From contig OZ024742.1 of NCBI GenBank assembly GCA_964016885.1, forward strand, positions 188,294,001 through 188,358,000: a stretch of 64,000 bases of DNA. Direction: 5' to 3'. Shown here piece by piece: positions 46,118 through 61,150 of the stretch. Position 1 is the first letter of the stretch, and each line of letters begins with the position of its first letter. The notes below the pieces were generated by a model. That model searched no databases. It worked only from the letters and a program-made list of their open reading frames with translations, and was not told the origin of the DNA. The stretch is from Eledone cirrhosa (lineage: Eukaryota). Both the position numbers and the translations under genes were made by a program.

Positions 46118-46283
46118 ATATGTTGAAAAGGTAATACACCAGAGAGAGATATACAGTGCGCTATCAATAAAACAGGGAAAAAACCACCAGTGTATGGAAT
46201 CTATAAACTATGAAAGGCAGACTATAGACACGATAATTAAAAATATAAATTAAAGCGGAAATAAATACCTCTATAACTATATA

Positions 46284-46377
46284 ACACACATACAAATCCA
46301 AAGATACAAATCCAAAGATATGTTTCACCAGTAATTTGTTGGAAGAAATGGGTTAGCCTCGGTTCATCAGCGTGTGT
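46284..46377 (-). ncRNA. Type-I hammerhead ribozyme
   Basis: Reverse complement of 46915-47008 with a few substitutions. Confidence 0.78.
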
Positions 46378-46914
46378 AAGGCTATACATTTCAGACAACT
46401 CTAAGAGCATTTTAAAAGTGACTGTCCAGCTACACGTGGGAGAGAGAAGTCACAGCGTGTTTAAGGGCAGTGAACCAGTGGCCTCTAAGGGACTAACTGC
46501 TAGAAAGGGCAGCCCAAAACCACTCAGAGAAGTGTGCTCAACCAAACACAGATAGGAAAGACTGTTATTAGGAGCGAAATATCTCGATAAATTAACGGAG
46601 GCATAGGCCCTCGCTATTCCCTGTAAATAATGTGCTCAAAGGAGAAGACATCCTGAGCTCTTTAAAAGACAATATGTTGAAATGGCAACACACCAGAGAG
46701 AGATATACAGTGGGCTATCAATAAAACAGGGAAAAAACCACCAGTGTATGGAATCTATAACCTATAAAATGCAGACTATAGACACGATAATTAAAAATAT
46801 AAATTAAAGCGTACTGGTTCACTGCCCTTAAACACGCTGTGACTTCTCTCTCCCAGGTGTAGCTGGACAGTCACTTTTAAAATTCTCTTAGTGTTGTCTG
46901 AAATGTATAGCCTT

Positions 46915-47008
46915 ACACACGCTGATGAACCGAGGCTAACCCATTTCTTTCAACAAATTACTGGTGAAACATATCTTTGGATTAGTATCTTTGGATTTGT
47001 ACGTGTGT
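46915..47008 (+). ncRNA. Type-I hammerhead ribozyme
   Basis: acacacg-CTGATGA-acc...ggt-GAAA-ca...tg-TA-cgtgtgt. Perfect 7-bp stem I. Confidence 0.8.
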
Positions 47009-47280
47009 TATATAGTTATAGAGGTATTTATTTCCGCTTTAATTTATAATTTTAATTATCGTGTCTATAGTCTGCCTTTCATAGGTTATGGATTCCATAC
47101 ACTGGTGGTTTTTTCCCTGTTTTATTGATAGCGCACTGTATATGTCTCTCTGGTGTGTTACCTTTTCAACATATTGTATTTTAAAGAGCTCAGGATTTCT
47201 TCTCCTTTGAGCACATTATTTACAGGGAATAGCGAGGGCCTATGCCTCCGTTAATTTATCGTGATATATATATATATATA

Positions 47281-47470
47281 TAATTGTTTCTACTTTTGGA
47301 ACAAGGCCAGCAATTACCCAGTGCATGACTGGTACTTGATTTTATCGACCCCGTAAGGATGAAAGGCAAAGTCAACATTAGCGGGATTTGAACTCAGATC
47401 GTAAAGGGACGTAACTATGACGGAAAGCATGGCGTTCGTCCCTCTACCGATACTAATAATCCACCACCTA
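47281..47470 (-). repeat. Major SINE copy
   Basis: SINE consensus. Confidence 0.8.
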
Positions 47471-47814
47471 TATATATATATAATAAATTGAATTTACACA
47501 AGGCCAAATATTTCCGTTAGTATTCCTCTATTACCCAATTTACAACCCAAGATGTCCCCAGGCACCAGCTTCTTACGCAACCTGGGCACTGAAATGAGCA
47601 TAGTGTTTTCAGAAACGAATAATTACGGAAATTCAACATATTTGGCCTTCTCTATTTCCACTTTATAATACATTTACTCTGTTCCCACACCGCCAACCTG
47701 ATTCAACCTCAAAGATGGATGAGTTGCATAACGTCGAGTACTTTTGGCTCCAATACGTCATGATTTACATTGCAGAATGACCGATTCCACCCAGTAGTAA
47801 GCCACCATATTTGA

Positions 47815-47880
<66 letters not shown>

Positions 47881-48329
47881 ACACACATGCATACAGACAT
47901 GCAACTTACACACACACATATACAATATAAGTATGTATAATAAATAACGATAAGGTATAATGTATGGCTATAGATCAATCTAAATCGATATATATTCTTA
48001 ATATTTCTCCCATAACGGAATATGTGGCAAAGGAAAAATCAACAACAACGAAAAAAATATGTAAAATGAAGAAACAGAACATAAATTCGCAATATTGCTG
48101 TCGGATGTGAGTAAAAATATTCGAAAGTAAAATCAAATGGCTTTGCAATCAAGAGCAACAGCCGATATGTATACGCCATTACGGGGAGCATACGATTAAG
48201 AAAATATGTTAAGAAAGTGTTTTATACTTTGTCCGCTCTCAAATATTTCACTTCAATCACCTTGTAAGTTCAACATACCACCATATTGCTTGTGATACAT
48301 ACATACACACATACACAAACACACACACA

Positions 48330-48363
<34 letters not shown>

Positions 48364-48605
48364 GACGCGCACACATATATATATATATATATATGTGTGC
48401 GTGTGCGTGTGTATACATATATGTGTGTGTATACATATATGTGTGTGTATATATATATGTGCGTGTATATACATATGAATCATTTGTGTATATATGTATG
48501 TATATATAATGTATATACAGTATATATACACATACACACACATACATATATGAATATATTATATATATATATATATATACACATACATATATGTATATAT
48601 ATTAT

Positions 48606-48656
<51 letters not shown>

Positions 48657-48785
48657 ATATGATATATATATATGTATATGGGATATATGTATATATGATA
48701 TATATATGTTCATGTATATATGATATGATATATGTATATATATGTATGATATATATATGTATGATATATGTATGATATATATATG

Positions 48786-48887
<102 letters not shown>

Positions 48888-48956
48888 TATATTTATATGT
48901 ATATATATCTACATACACACACATACCCACTCATAAAAAACACATACATATATATA

Positions 48957-49034
<78 letters not shown>

Positions 49035-49044
49035 TATATATATA

Positions 49045-49123
<79 letters not shown>

Positions 49124-49856
49124 ACATAAATATTTTTATGACTGCTAATGTTTCAATGTTGTTATGCATTCATCATTTTACAAATCAAGACCATATTTGA
49201 TGTCTTTGGAACTTGTGGTGAAGGTGAGGTTGACGCTCCGTTGATTATAGCTATGAATAAAAATTGAAGCCAAATGACAGAAAAAACAAAAACGATTTTA
49301 AAATATCAAAAGATACCATTAAAGAAAGAACTTCAATTATTTTCATTTGTACAACATTTGCTACTACTGTGCTGCATATATCAAATATCGATTACAATAT
49401 TTTATGTTTTTTCCAATAATACAGGACGAATATGACCCTACATAGATGTATGGGTGTATAACTATGTATACATGTATTAAATAGTTTTTGGAGATATATA
49501 AATTCAACGTTATATTAAATGTCATAAAATGTTTTTTTTTAAATTTAAAAGATATCCTTTATATATATAAGGGATATTTCCTTTCAAATTTAAAAGACAT
49601 TTTATATATATATATAAATAAAGGATTAAACATACCCACAAGTACCAGTATTACACTGGATAATTGCTGGCCTTGTGCCAAAAAGGTAGAAACAATTATT
49701 ATTATCATTAATATTATTATTATTGCCATTCTCAGGTCAAATCCCGCCGAGGTTAACTTTGCATTTCATCCTTATGGGATCGATAAAATAATGTACCAGT
49801 AACGTACTGGTTAATTGCTGGCCCTGTGCCAATAGTAGAAACAATTATTATTATTA

Positions 49857-49930
<74 letters not shown>

Positions 49931-49953
49931 AATGTATATATATATATACATAT

Positions 49954-50027
<74 letters not shown>

Positions 50028-50064
50028 TATATGTATATATATATCTATATATATATACATATAT

Positions 50065-50220
50065 CTGAAGATCCCGTTAAGGGTGAAAGCAGTGATTCTT
50101 TGCTTAAACGTTAATCTGTTATTTTAATAAATATTTGCTCTACGGTTCTTATATATTTGATATATATTTATCCTTATCGAGCCCTCTTTGGATTTTAGTA
50201 TTCAAATTTATTATTATTAC
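50065..50220 (+). mobile_element. Short element (family J) starting exactly at a hammerhead core
   Basis: CTGAAGA-tcccgttaagggt-GAAA-gcagtgattctttgc-TT. Related copies at 31324-31455 and 60901-61035(-). Confidence 0.65.
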
Positions 50221-50247
50221 TATATATATATATAAATATATATATAT

Positions 50248-50437
50248 ATAGGAAAAAATATGACCCCGACGGCAGAGCTCAAGCCGTTTCGGCGGCTATT
50301 TCTGGACAGAAATAGCCGTGGAAACGGCTTGAGATCTGCCATCGGCGTCATACTTTTTCCTATTTCCCACTCTACTACCCAGAGTATTGAGTACTCTGGT
50401 GCGTTATGCTCCACCTGGTTCCTTACCACAATTCCTT

Positions 50438-50440
<3 letters not shown>
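50248..50440 (+). mobile_element. Family K hairpin-headed element
   Basis: Inverted arms 50248-50363. Homologous to 14934 and 59973. Confidence 0.75.
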
Positions 50441-50491
<51 letters not shown>

Positions 50492-50662
50492 GGAGAAGCA
50501 GAGAGAGCCTGTAGTTTTGAAAAGGAGGAGACCACTAATTACGGGAGTATTCAATGCATGGTGTGATGCAGAGCACGTGTCGAGGAATGTAAAATGCCGC
50601 ACATGATCATTCGAGGTTTTAAATCTTTCTCTCTCACGCTCTCTCTATATATATATATACAT

Positions 50663-50767
<105 letters not shown>

Positions 50768-50825
50768 ACCACAACAGGAATTGAATAATCAAAACCATAG
50801 CGGTATGTCGCATATCCAATCTCTC

Positions 50826-50894
50826 ATATATTTTATCTGATGAAAACGTACTGAAACACCATTGTATCATTGAAATATGTATAATAAAATATAT
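50826..50894 (+). ncRNA. Type-I hammerhead ribozyme (weak stem II)
   Basis: atatattttat-CTGATGA-...-GAAA-tatgta-TA-ataaaatatat. 11-bp stem I. Confidence 0.65.
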
Positions 50895-51040
50895 ATGTTG
50901 GTTATGAGAATATTTTTCATTTATTAATATTTTGAATAATATTAAATACTCCAGATAAAATACTGTCGAGTGCTTCTAATCTATTATAAAATTGTATTCG
51001 TTGAATAATCAACGAACCATATAAACTTTTGGTTATATAT

Positions 51041-51227
51041 ATATTTAATATAGTAATGTCTTCTACAGGACTAGAACTGTTTCATTCGAAGGAAATAATC
51101 AGGAAAGTACCTGATGATTTCCTTCGAATTAAACAGTTCTAGTCCTGTAGAAGCCATTTCTATATTAAATATTTATACTCTGCTATGTATTGAGTACCTT
51201 ACTTCATGCCGTTAACCCCAATTGAAT

Positions 51228-51230
<3 letters not shown>
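51041..51230. mobile_element. Palindromic element (arms 51041-51172) with two mutated hammerheads, same family as 60229-60464
   Basis: Plus arm reads CTGATGA..TAAA and minus arm reads CTGATTA..GAAA. Shares cagttctagtcctg-TA-gaa with the 60.3-kb copy. Confidence 0.8.
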
Positions 51231-51260
<30 letters not shown>

Positions 51261-51984
51261 GTAATTTTGTTAGTATATATATATATATATGTTTTTGTGT
51301 GTGTCTGTGTGTGTGTGTGTGAGCGAGAGAGAGAGAGAGAGAGAGTTTAAAAAAGAGAGAGAGAGAGAGAGAAAAGAGAGAGTGTGTGAGTATGTGTTTC
51401 TATTAATCCTTCTCTTCATCTTATACTCTTTCTCTTATGTTTATTCCAAGAATTGCTGCTGTAAAATCGTTTCCGTTCGAAACTCGCTCTTTCAAACTGA
51501 AAAGTGTAGCTCTATGCAGCACGTTCTCTAAATAACTACTTACACCTGGAGATACATATATCATAACAGACAGTCTCCTACAGATATAGATTACGTTAAT
51601 ACGCAATGGCTTAATGGATGATGTTACTGACTACTAAATATTTTGGTTCCTGGTTCCGGCTTCGCATTGTATTTTCGACCACTAACCTTTCGTGTAACCA
51701 AACTAATTTTCTATAACTCACATAGACGTTATTTCTGAATCTGCCATATTTAGGAATTATTTTTAAATAAACAAGCCTAATCGTTGTATTCGGTACAGGT
51801 TAGAATCTTTCATCAACGCAATCTCATTCAAGAACAAACTCATCGTCCATATGAACTTGGTCACCGGCTTAAATCATACAGGCAATATTTAACGCAGTCC
51901 ATAATCTGGTACACACCTGTGCGGAGTTTATTTGTCGAATGATTGAATCACACCAACTGTTAGGATATAAATGACACAATGAAA

Positions 51985-52034
<50 letters not shown>

Positions 52035-53136
52035 ACACACACACACACACACACACACGCACGCACACACGCACGCACACGCACACACACACACACCTCA
52101 CACGCACATATATATATATATATATATATATAGGGCGAGCCTCTGTGCCCTTTCTTTTCTGTATACCAAAATCCTCGTTTGAGTTATTAGTGAACCTCAG
52201 GCTTTCATAGAAAATCTTCCCTATAGTGGAGCACAGTGTGATGGGACTCGGTATCTCGGGGTGACATAAAGAAGAACTTACCCACTCAGAGATATTCCAT
52301 CTCAAACATCTGAATATGTGTTCTACCAACTTTAAAATAATAAAATATATATATATACGGCGTCCATAGCTTCTTTGTTTTACAACTGAAATTCGGTGTA
52401 TTCATGAGTGTCCTCATTAGCTGTCTGTAAATTTTCCGTATTTTCCTGCTTTTTCGAGTAATCTCAAACTCAATTGATACTTAATCAAATTTTACTAGAT
52501 TTGTTTATATACACTTCACTCATTTCAGGATCTTCTTTGAAAGGCCTTATTTTGCTTTACATGTCTTCCCTACTTTTTTTTGTTTGCTCCTTTTTGACTA
52601 AAGGTCTTAACGTTTTCTCGTTTGTTGCTAAAAGTAAAACATCTGGAATATCTTATGCAGACATTTCGGCTTCCTTGTTATTCGTTTTGAAGCCCTTTCC
52701 TATCTTATCTCACTATTTTCTTATTTTTTATGTTCGTTTTGTGCTAAATGTTTTCCAGGATTTCGTTGATTGGATACATAAGCAAAACTTTGGGAGATTC
52801 TTCCAGCTGATTGTGATAGATTTTCACATCATGTTTTGATATTCAATTTTCATTAGTCTAAGATAGAATTTCATTACATTTTATAACGATCGAATTTATG
52901 CAGAGCATCAATAGATTGACAAGATACTTTCGTAATTTTATTTCTTAATTCTTAATCTCAGTTTTCCATTATCATATCCTGTCTATGTTCAACTACTCAA
53001 TTTTCATATATTTTACGTATAAGGCATAATAATATGGCGGCCGATCGACTGTGTTTATTCATTTAGAAAAATCGGTTCTCATCAATAAATAAATAGCTAT
53101 ATAGATAGATGGATGGATGAAGAAAGAGTGAGTGAA

Positions 53137-53177
<41 letters not shown>

Positions 53178-54289
53178 AATTAATATATCTGTCACCGTAA
53201 GTGGTATTGATTTTTCTTTATAGTTGAAATTTCCGAAGTACATATATGATGATATTGGACTTTACATGTATACATTCCTCACTTTTGTTTCCTTTATCAA
53301 AATTATCTCAATGTTTTCTTCTTCTATAAAACTTCACCGATATATAATGATAAGCACGTCATAGCAAAATGTTGGTATGATATAACAATTGACGTCTCTC
53401 ACTCGCTCTCTTCAATGTTGCTGCACCGTTCCAAACAACCGCAGTGGCGCCTTTACGTTCAAAGCTATAGACATACAATTCTTTTGAACTGGTGGCCTTT
53501 GAAATTGTTTAGAAACATATTACAACATTTTGCGATAATAAATCTTTCTTCCCTACTGCCTGCCACATCCTGCACCTATATATCGATTATTTTCTATCAA
53601 TACATATATTTTGCTCACACTTTCTCATTCAGGGTCGGTCTATTCTAACTTTGCATCTCTTACACATTCACACTATCTCCCTTGTGTTTTCTATGCACTT
53701 TTTATCTTATGTTTTCGTCTTTGTTCCTCTATTTCTCCCAGCCCCTTTCTCAAAATTCTTGACCAATAATATTTTCTCGTTAACAATTCCTTGTTTCATA
53801 CTCCTATTCTTATATGGAACCTCTATATCAATTCTCGTTCAATCATTCTGTAACACCTACCATAGATTACCTGATATCTTGGTTGAATGTTCAATATATT
53901 TCACGCGTTATTTAATGATAAGTATGATATATACTACATTTATATATGATGTTCCAGTGGCAATGTATGTCTTATTATATTATATATGTTGCTGATACAC
54001 TTGACAGCAAACATAACATCAGTACCCTCCCCTAATGTTCTAACATACAAAGCTGTTTTCATTTTTATACATATCTAAACTCCTTCCATCTTAAGTTTGT
54101 GTAACAAAATATGTCATATTTCAAACATCAGCTTAATAATAAAGAAGACAAAATTTATTCGCACTTTCACCATAAAATATTTTTAGATTTCTGACACTAC
54201 CTTCTGCTTATGCATTCTTATAGCAGGTACTATTATGGTTGCGTGATCGGGGTGTGTGCTTGATGGCGTCAGTTTTATTCTTGCTGTTA

Positions 54290-54620
54290 CAGAGTAAACA
54301 TAGCTTCTTCGCTAGCAGTGTGCACCAAGAAAGAACAAAGAGCAGCGGTCCGATTTCTCTGGTCGGATGTTGTGTCAGTGACTGACATTCAACGGAGGCT
54401 TATAACAGAATGCGGCGACAATGCCCTACCACATAGACATGTGTATGAGAGTATCGAAAAGTTTAAAAGTGGTCGGACAAGCGTGAAGAACGAGCAGAAC
54501 AGCTATCAACTCCACTACTGACGAGAAGATTCAGCTAGCTTGAGAGATGGTAATGGCAATCTGGCGAGTTATCATCGATGTGTTATCAGATTAGTCATGG
54601 TTCTGCCTATCAGTGTAAAA
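54290..54620 (+). mobile_element. Mariner transposase N-terminal HTH remnant
   Basis: EQRAAVRFLW...IQRRL...GDNAL....VY..IEKFKSGRTSV. Confidence 0.75.
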
Positions 54621-54751
54621 AACCTAAAGACATGTTATCGCGAAAGTGTGGATAATTTTTGACTTACCCTTGTATATTTATATCCCGCAAAAATTCTCGC
54701 ATTTCTGCAAAACCTTTGGAAAATCATGGGCCTTGTTTTTCATTAGAAATA

Positions 54752-54945
54752 TAATTGTTTCTACTTTTGGCATAATGCCAGAAATTATCCCAGTGCATTA
54801 CTGGTACTTCATTTTATCGACCCCATGAGGGTGAAGGGAAAAGTTAACATTGGCAGGATTTGAACTTAGAAGGTAAAGGGCCATAAATCTATGCTGCAAA
54901 GCATGGTGTCTGACGCTTTACCGACTCTGCCAATCCACCGCCCTT
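54752..54945 (-). repeat. Major SINE copy with an 18-bp target-site duplication
   Basis: tttcattagaaatataat at 54738-54755 and 54944-54961. Confidence 0.85.
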
Positions 54946-55733
54946 TCATTAGAAATATAATACAAACATTAGAAATATGATACAAACATTGTATACATAT
55001 CAATTTGCATCGCAAACAGTCACCCAGTTATTATTGGCTGTTTGTTCACTCTACCACTACACAAACATTTTCATGTCAAACATCATGTTACCTATCATAC
55101 CAGTGTGAGCTTAATCTTGTCAGAATTATTCTTCAAATATGCTAATCCCAGAAACCTAGAATAAAACATAATTTTCCGTGATATTTTCATACAACTACAG
55201 ATCTTTGACACTCCCTACTTTTACCTGTTTTTGTTTCATTGACATTCAATCATACAACGATCCAGATACAACGACAACTGCAATTACATGATCCTCCTGA
55301 TTGGGATTATATAGTCCATTGAAATTTAATTATGTAGGTTAACCTCACTGTTGTAAATGGGTGTGGTGCAACGTCATCCTTCGCAGGTAACCCGGACGAA
55401 TTTCATTGCAAAGATCACATCCAGGCCAAACTTATGCTGGATCGTTATCGTCACATTCCTCAATCAATTATCATGCATATTGTAGCGGCTCCAACAAAGA
55501 TATTTATAATATGATAATCCAAATGTTCTAGTAATTCAGCTAGTTTCTTTAAAACTGTAGTGGTTTTCAAATATTCTGTAACATAAATTGCATATTGCAT
55601 TCCCTTGCCATTAAAACGCTGCTGCTTTGTCCTCAAAATAGTCCAATTACATTGTGATGGACAAAGTGTAGATGTACTATTCAGTATGAACGTCTAATTC
55701 TCCAAAATCTACAAAATGCTGACGAGGAAGGTG

Positions 55734-55816
<83 letters not shown>

Positions 55817-55848
55817 CACACACATACACACACACTCGTGCATACCCA

Positions 55849-55916
<68 letters not shown>

Positions 55917-56739
55917 AGCTTAGTTTATCAGAACCATTGTGAAATACGTAAGATAGAAATTCATTAAAGACAAGTGTAATGAAATAAAAAAGCCGACCCC
56001 CTCAAAAATAGGATGCCACAGTTTATAGATTTACCTTATATGTCATAATATTTCGATTTTAATGAAAGGAGAAGCAATGTGAGATGTGGAAGTGTATGCT
56101 AATCAACAATTCGCTGGCGAACATATCCTCTTATAGTTAGTGTATTGGTTTATATTATTAAATTGTTTACAGTCTCATTCTTAGACTAATGGGCAAATTG
56201 TAGTGCCAAACAGGCGATTTTCTCATGAAACGTAATCAATTAATAATATTTAAACAGTTCGATATCGATACTGTCTCCTATTGATTCCTCTTTATTACAT
56301 TTTATTATTTTTTCTTTATCTTTGTAGTAGTGTATTTTTATATTATTATTTGTATTATTATAAGCAGCCAAATCCCACGCATTAACTAGCACATACTTAA
56401 TTCCCTTCTTCATATATATTTTATTGATCCACCAATCGATGAGACAGTCCTTCAAGGAACCCTCAGAGAATGGCTCGCTTGAAACTATTTCTGATTTTTG
56501 GCTGACGTTCTTTTATCACATCTTCCGTGTCATATTGATGTGAAATATCGGTTTTGGCAACGATATACTATTTCATTGCGAGACGGATAAACATGTAATC
56601 AGTGGAAAATCTGGAAACACTTTACGAAATGTTTGTGTAAGTGAGTGGGTACACTGCGCAAATGTAAACTTTAAGATTTATGCGGGGTTCATTGCTGTGT
56701 TTCTATAAGTGAATACAAATCTTTAATATTTATAACTAT

Positions 56740-57205
56740 AAGCCATGCTTTGCAGCAAAGAGTTAAGGCCCTTTATTATCTGAGTTCAAATCCTGCCGAA
56801 GGTTAACTTTGCCTTTCATCATCACGGAGTCGATAAAATAAAGTACCAGTCGCGCACTGGTGTCGATTTAATCGACTTTCCCCTCCCCCAAAATCACTGG
56901 CCTTGAGCCTATATAAGAAACCAATATTTATAACTATAAGCCATGCTGATACAAATCATTAATATTTATAACTATAAGCCATGCTTTGCAGCAAAGTGTT
57001 AAGGCCCTTTTTTATCTGAGTTCAAATCCCGCCGAGGTTAACTTTGACTTTCATCCTTACGGGGTCGATAAAATAAAGTACCAGTAATGTAATGGATAAT
57101 TACTGGCCTTGTGCTAAAAGTAGAAACAATTATTATACAAAAAGTACCAGTAATGTACTGGGATAATTGCTGGCCTTGTGCCAAATGGAGAAACAATTAT
57201 TATAC
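56740..57205 (+). repeat. Tandem major SINE copies with duplicated flanks
   Basis: aatatttataactataagccatgct occurs three times. SINE consensus. Confidence 0.8.
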
Positions 57206-58189
57206 AAAAAACACTTCACAATATATATTGTTCTGTCTAGCACAGGGTTTAGTGATTAGGCTATCTTGACCGGGCGGGGAATGTTGTCCTTCGGCAAGAC
57301 ACTTCACAAAATGCAAATCATTTGTTTCAACTCAGATGGAAATGGGATATGGATTTCTTTGAAAAATGTTACTGACTTTTATGCGCGACTGCTAGTCTTC
57401 CACGAAACAACTTGCCCAGGCTTACATCCAGAGCAGGCACCTTCCAGATGAAATCTTAGGGCCAGTTCTATTTACTCTAGAATATACGCCTGTAATACTC
57501 TATTGGTTTGAATGACATAGAATTGAACAAGTGTGTGCTGTTGTATTGACACATATACGATATTAGGCTCAATACTACATTTACACGTCCTGTAATTATA
57601 TATATATTACCGCATTAGTAAATTATACTTGTACAAGAGTATATATAGTATTCGTCTGGTGTATGCTCATATGATTTATACGCTACATTGCCATATTATA
57701 CTATATTCATATTTGATTGATTATATATATTACCGCATTGGTCTAGAGTAATATTATATATTGAGTACAGGTATATACAGCATGTTTACGTCGTAATACA
57801 AAAATAGGCGTGATTGACGCTTCTGATTAACGGTCCTCTGAGTAATAAGTGGCTATGTGTATCTTTATATCTATCCTCGCATGAATAGACTATTTAATAA
57901 TAAGTTATAATTTATAGCATTCCAACGAAAGGAATCTTCGGGGTATCATGTAAGATAAGTTTTAAGCTGGTAATCAAATAATCAGATGGAAGAATTTTTA
58001 GCTCAGACTGATTGAAAAACAAAGTTTTAATACAGTAAGATTGTGAAGCTGTTTAAATGTCTTTAATATATCTATAGTGTTTGATGTTATACCAATTGCA
58101 GGAAATAGTGTTTTAATATAGCAGGAAAATATATAATTAACATAAAGAATGAGATAAACAACACGCACACAAATCCCAATACATTTCAA

Positions 58190-58520
58190 TGCAGGACCTT
58201 CTCACTCCTATTGGGGGAAGCTCTCCCTGGTTGACATCTACCACTTTCTGGTTTTGGCCGTGTAAGGAGTATAGCTGTACTCATCACTCTCCGCCAATTG
58301 TGGGTTGGTGAGGGTATATAACCCATAGTTGGGGTTTGGCCTTTGACTCTGACGAGTCTAACCGGTATTTTAACAAATCTTCGTTTTTATGCTGCTGGAG
58401 TTTCCCTTAACCTCATCACCAAACCCTGGTCTGGGAGCCTGTTTAGTCAAAGACCAATCGACCCAGAAGCAGGTTGTACTAGATTACATGCACCAGGAAC
58501 AGGCAGAGGCCTGACCTGAC
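58190..58520 (-). mobile_element. RTE-like 5' region homologous to 34173-34330
   Basis: Both start gtcaggtca and share catgta..agtacaacctg..ggtcg..gactaaac.ggc. Confidence 0.55.
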
Positions 58521-58622
58521 CACACACACACACACGCTATAACATGGAATAATGTATATCTAATATATAAAATATTAAGCATAATATTATATACATACAA
58601 ACACATACACAATCACATACAT

Positions 58623-58668
<46 letters not shown>

Positions 58669-58669
58669 G

Positions 58670-58743
<74 letters not shown>

Positions 58744-58750
58744 CATATAC

Positions 58751-58817
<67 letters not shown>

Positions 58818-58848
58818 CATATATATATACATATATATATATATATAC

Positions 58849-58976
<128 letters not shown>

Positions 58977-59126
58977 ATACTTTGGGAGGGTCATGTTGCC
59001 AATATGAAACACACGCACCAGTTGCTTTCACTTCAATTTATTATATATTTATAAATTCATAAATTTACAAATTTATGAATTTCTGGTTGGTTGGTTGGTT
59101 CCACAACCAGATATTTGTTTATATAT

Positions 59127-59170
59127 AGTCATAGTTCTTTCGTCACACACTCTGTGACCTCTTCAGTGAC
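59127..59170 (-). ncRNA. Type-I hammerhead ribozyme (mirror copy)
   Basis: Reverse complement of 59474-59517. Confidence 0.78.
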
Positions 59171-59472
59171 GCAATGTTTAGACAAATTTCAGAGGCAATA
59201 AACATAAAAGAATTACAACCAAAATTAAATAAAATATATGAGTGGAACAGCAGCATCACAACTTACAATTAAGGACAAAATGAAAACACACACACACATA
59301 GAACAAACAACCAACCAGTAACATGTAAATAAACAAATAAATAAATGAACATAAACACACACAGACACCCGGATGTGGCGCATCTGCAGACTGAGCACAC
59401 AACACACACACAGAAACTAAATGGCGTAGGACAGAACAAAGGAGAGGCACAGAAACAAAGAAAGGAATCCCC

Positions 59473-59517
59473 AGTCACTGAAGAGGTCACAGAGTGTGTG
59501 ACGAAAGAACTATGACT
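59473..59517 (+). ncRNA. Minimal type-I hammerhead ribozyme
   Basis: agtca-CTGAAGA-ggtcaca(gagtg)tgtgac-GAAA-gaac-TA-tgact. Confidence 0.8.
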
Positions 59518-59727
59518 ATATATAAACAACTATCTGGTTGTGGAACCAACCAACCAACCAGAAATTTATAAATTTGTAAATTTATAAATTTATAAATATT
59601 TAATAAATTGAAGTGAAAGCAACTGGTGCGTGTGTTTCTTATTGGCAACATGACCCTCCCAAAGTATAACAATATCGGTTTCAACACACGATTTCAGATA
59701 AAGAATCTTGCTAAACAGATTCAGAAA

Positions 59728-59771
<44 letters not shown>

Positions 59772-59972
59772 CAGGAAAGAAGAGTGTCACGGTTTGCTAT
59801 ACAAAAAAGGTTTTTAATCTCATTGCTGACAATTGTTTCTCTGAACTGGTAGGTCTAGAGATCGCTATCCGCTTATTTTCACGTTACTCGAAAGCCAATA
59901 CAAAGTTATAACCAGTCAGTTCATCGGAGCTTGCGAGAATGAATGTTACCCCGTATATATATATATATGTAT

Positions 59973-60183
59973 ATAGGAACCAGTAAGACCCCGACAGCTG
60001 AGCTCAAGCCGTTTCGACGGCTAATTCTGGACTAAAAAGTGATTTTAGTCCAGAATTAGCCGTCGAAACGGCTTGAGCTCAGCTGTCGGGGTCTTACTGG
60101 TTCCTATTACCCACTCTACTACCTCAAGTATTGAGTACTTTGGTGCGTTATGGTCCACCTGGTTCCTTACCACATTTCCTTCG

Positions 60184-60185
<2 letters not shown>
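59973..60185 (+). mobile_element. Family K hairpin-headed element with hammerhead 3' half
   Basis: Palindrome 59973-60107. GAAA-cggcttgagctcagctg-TC-ggggtc at 60065-60093. Confidence 0.78.
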
Positions 60186-60228
<43 letters not shown>

Positions 60229-60461
60229 CGTTATTCCGGGTTGAATCGGAGGTAACCACAGTAAGTAAGGTACTCAATACATTGCAGAGTATAAAAGTTT
60301 TAATATAGATGAGATTCTACAGGACTAGAACTGTTTCATTCTTTAGAAATCATCAGGAATCTGGGTATAAAAAAATAAATATTTATTTTTTGATACCCAG
60401 ATTCCTGATGATTTCTAAAGAATGATACAGTTCTAGTCCTGTAGAATCTCATCTATATTAA

Positions 60462-60464
<3 letters not shown>
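60229..60464. mobile_element. Palindromic element (arms 60297-60464, axis 60380/60381) with a longer arm on the left
   Basis: Reverse-complement arms. (TA)n flanks. Confidence 0.85.
60312..60362 (-). ncRNA. Type-I hammerhead ribozyme with intact core (mirror copy at 60399-60449 has GAAA>GATA)
   Basis: agattc-CTGATGA-tttctaaagaat-GAAA-cagttctagtcctg-TA-gaatct. Confidence 0.82.
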
Positions 60465-60499
<35 letters not shown>

Positions 60500-60736
60500 G
60501 AAAACAAGACCGTTATTGCTCCAACCAGTCAATATATATTAAATAACTACACTAATTATTCATACACTTAGACTACACATATATACACCATATTTATATA
60601 TAGAACAAATGCAAGCAACCATCGAATGCCTTATGTCCATATACAACACATGCACTCACATGTCCTTTTGTTTATGTATGAACAACATCATTGTTTTACT
60701 TTTACTCTCTGAAGGATTTCTCTCCTCCTGTAATAA

Positions 60737-60903
60737 TAATTGTTTCTACTTTTGGCACAATGCCAGAAAATAACCAGTTCATTACTGGTACTTCATTTTA
60801 TCGACCCCGTAAGGATGAAAGGCAAAGTTAACCTCGGCGGGATTTGAACTCTGATCATAAAGGGCCGTAACTCTATGCTGCAAAGCACGGCGTCAGACCC
60901 TCT
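60737..60903 (-). repeat. Major SINE copy
   Basis: SINE consensus. Confidence 0.8.
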
Positions 60904-61035
60904 AAAGAGGGTTTGATAAGGAAAATATATATATAAAGATATATAAAACCGTAGAGCGAATATTTATTAAGATAACATTAAATTTTAAGCAAAGGATCGC
61001 TGCTGTCACCCTTAACGGGATCTTCTGATCTTCTG

Positions 61036-61150
<115 letters not shown>

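Larger units (their letters stand above)
46116..47264. mobile_element. Non-coding ribozyme element: about 553-bp monomer in partial tandem (46116-46811) followed by an inverted copy (46812-47264), (TA)n flanks
   Basis: acaatatgttgaaa at 46116 and 46669. 46812-47264 is the reverse complement of monomer sequence. Confidence 0.85.

Noticed and set aside
52340-53990. Possible decayed transposase or Penelope-like coding sequence on the minus strand
   Set aside because: Too degenerate to assign by eye.
58349-58380. CTGACGA box
   Set aside because: No downstream GAAA/UH with paired stems.
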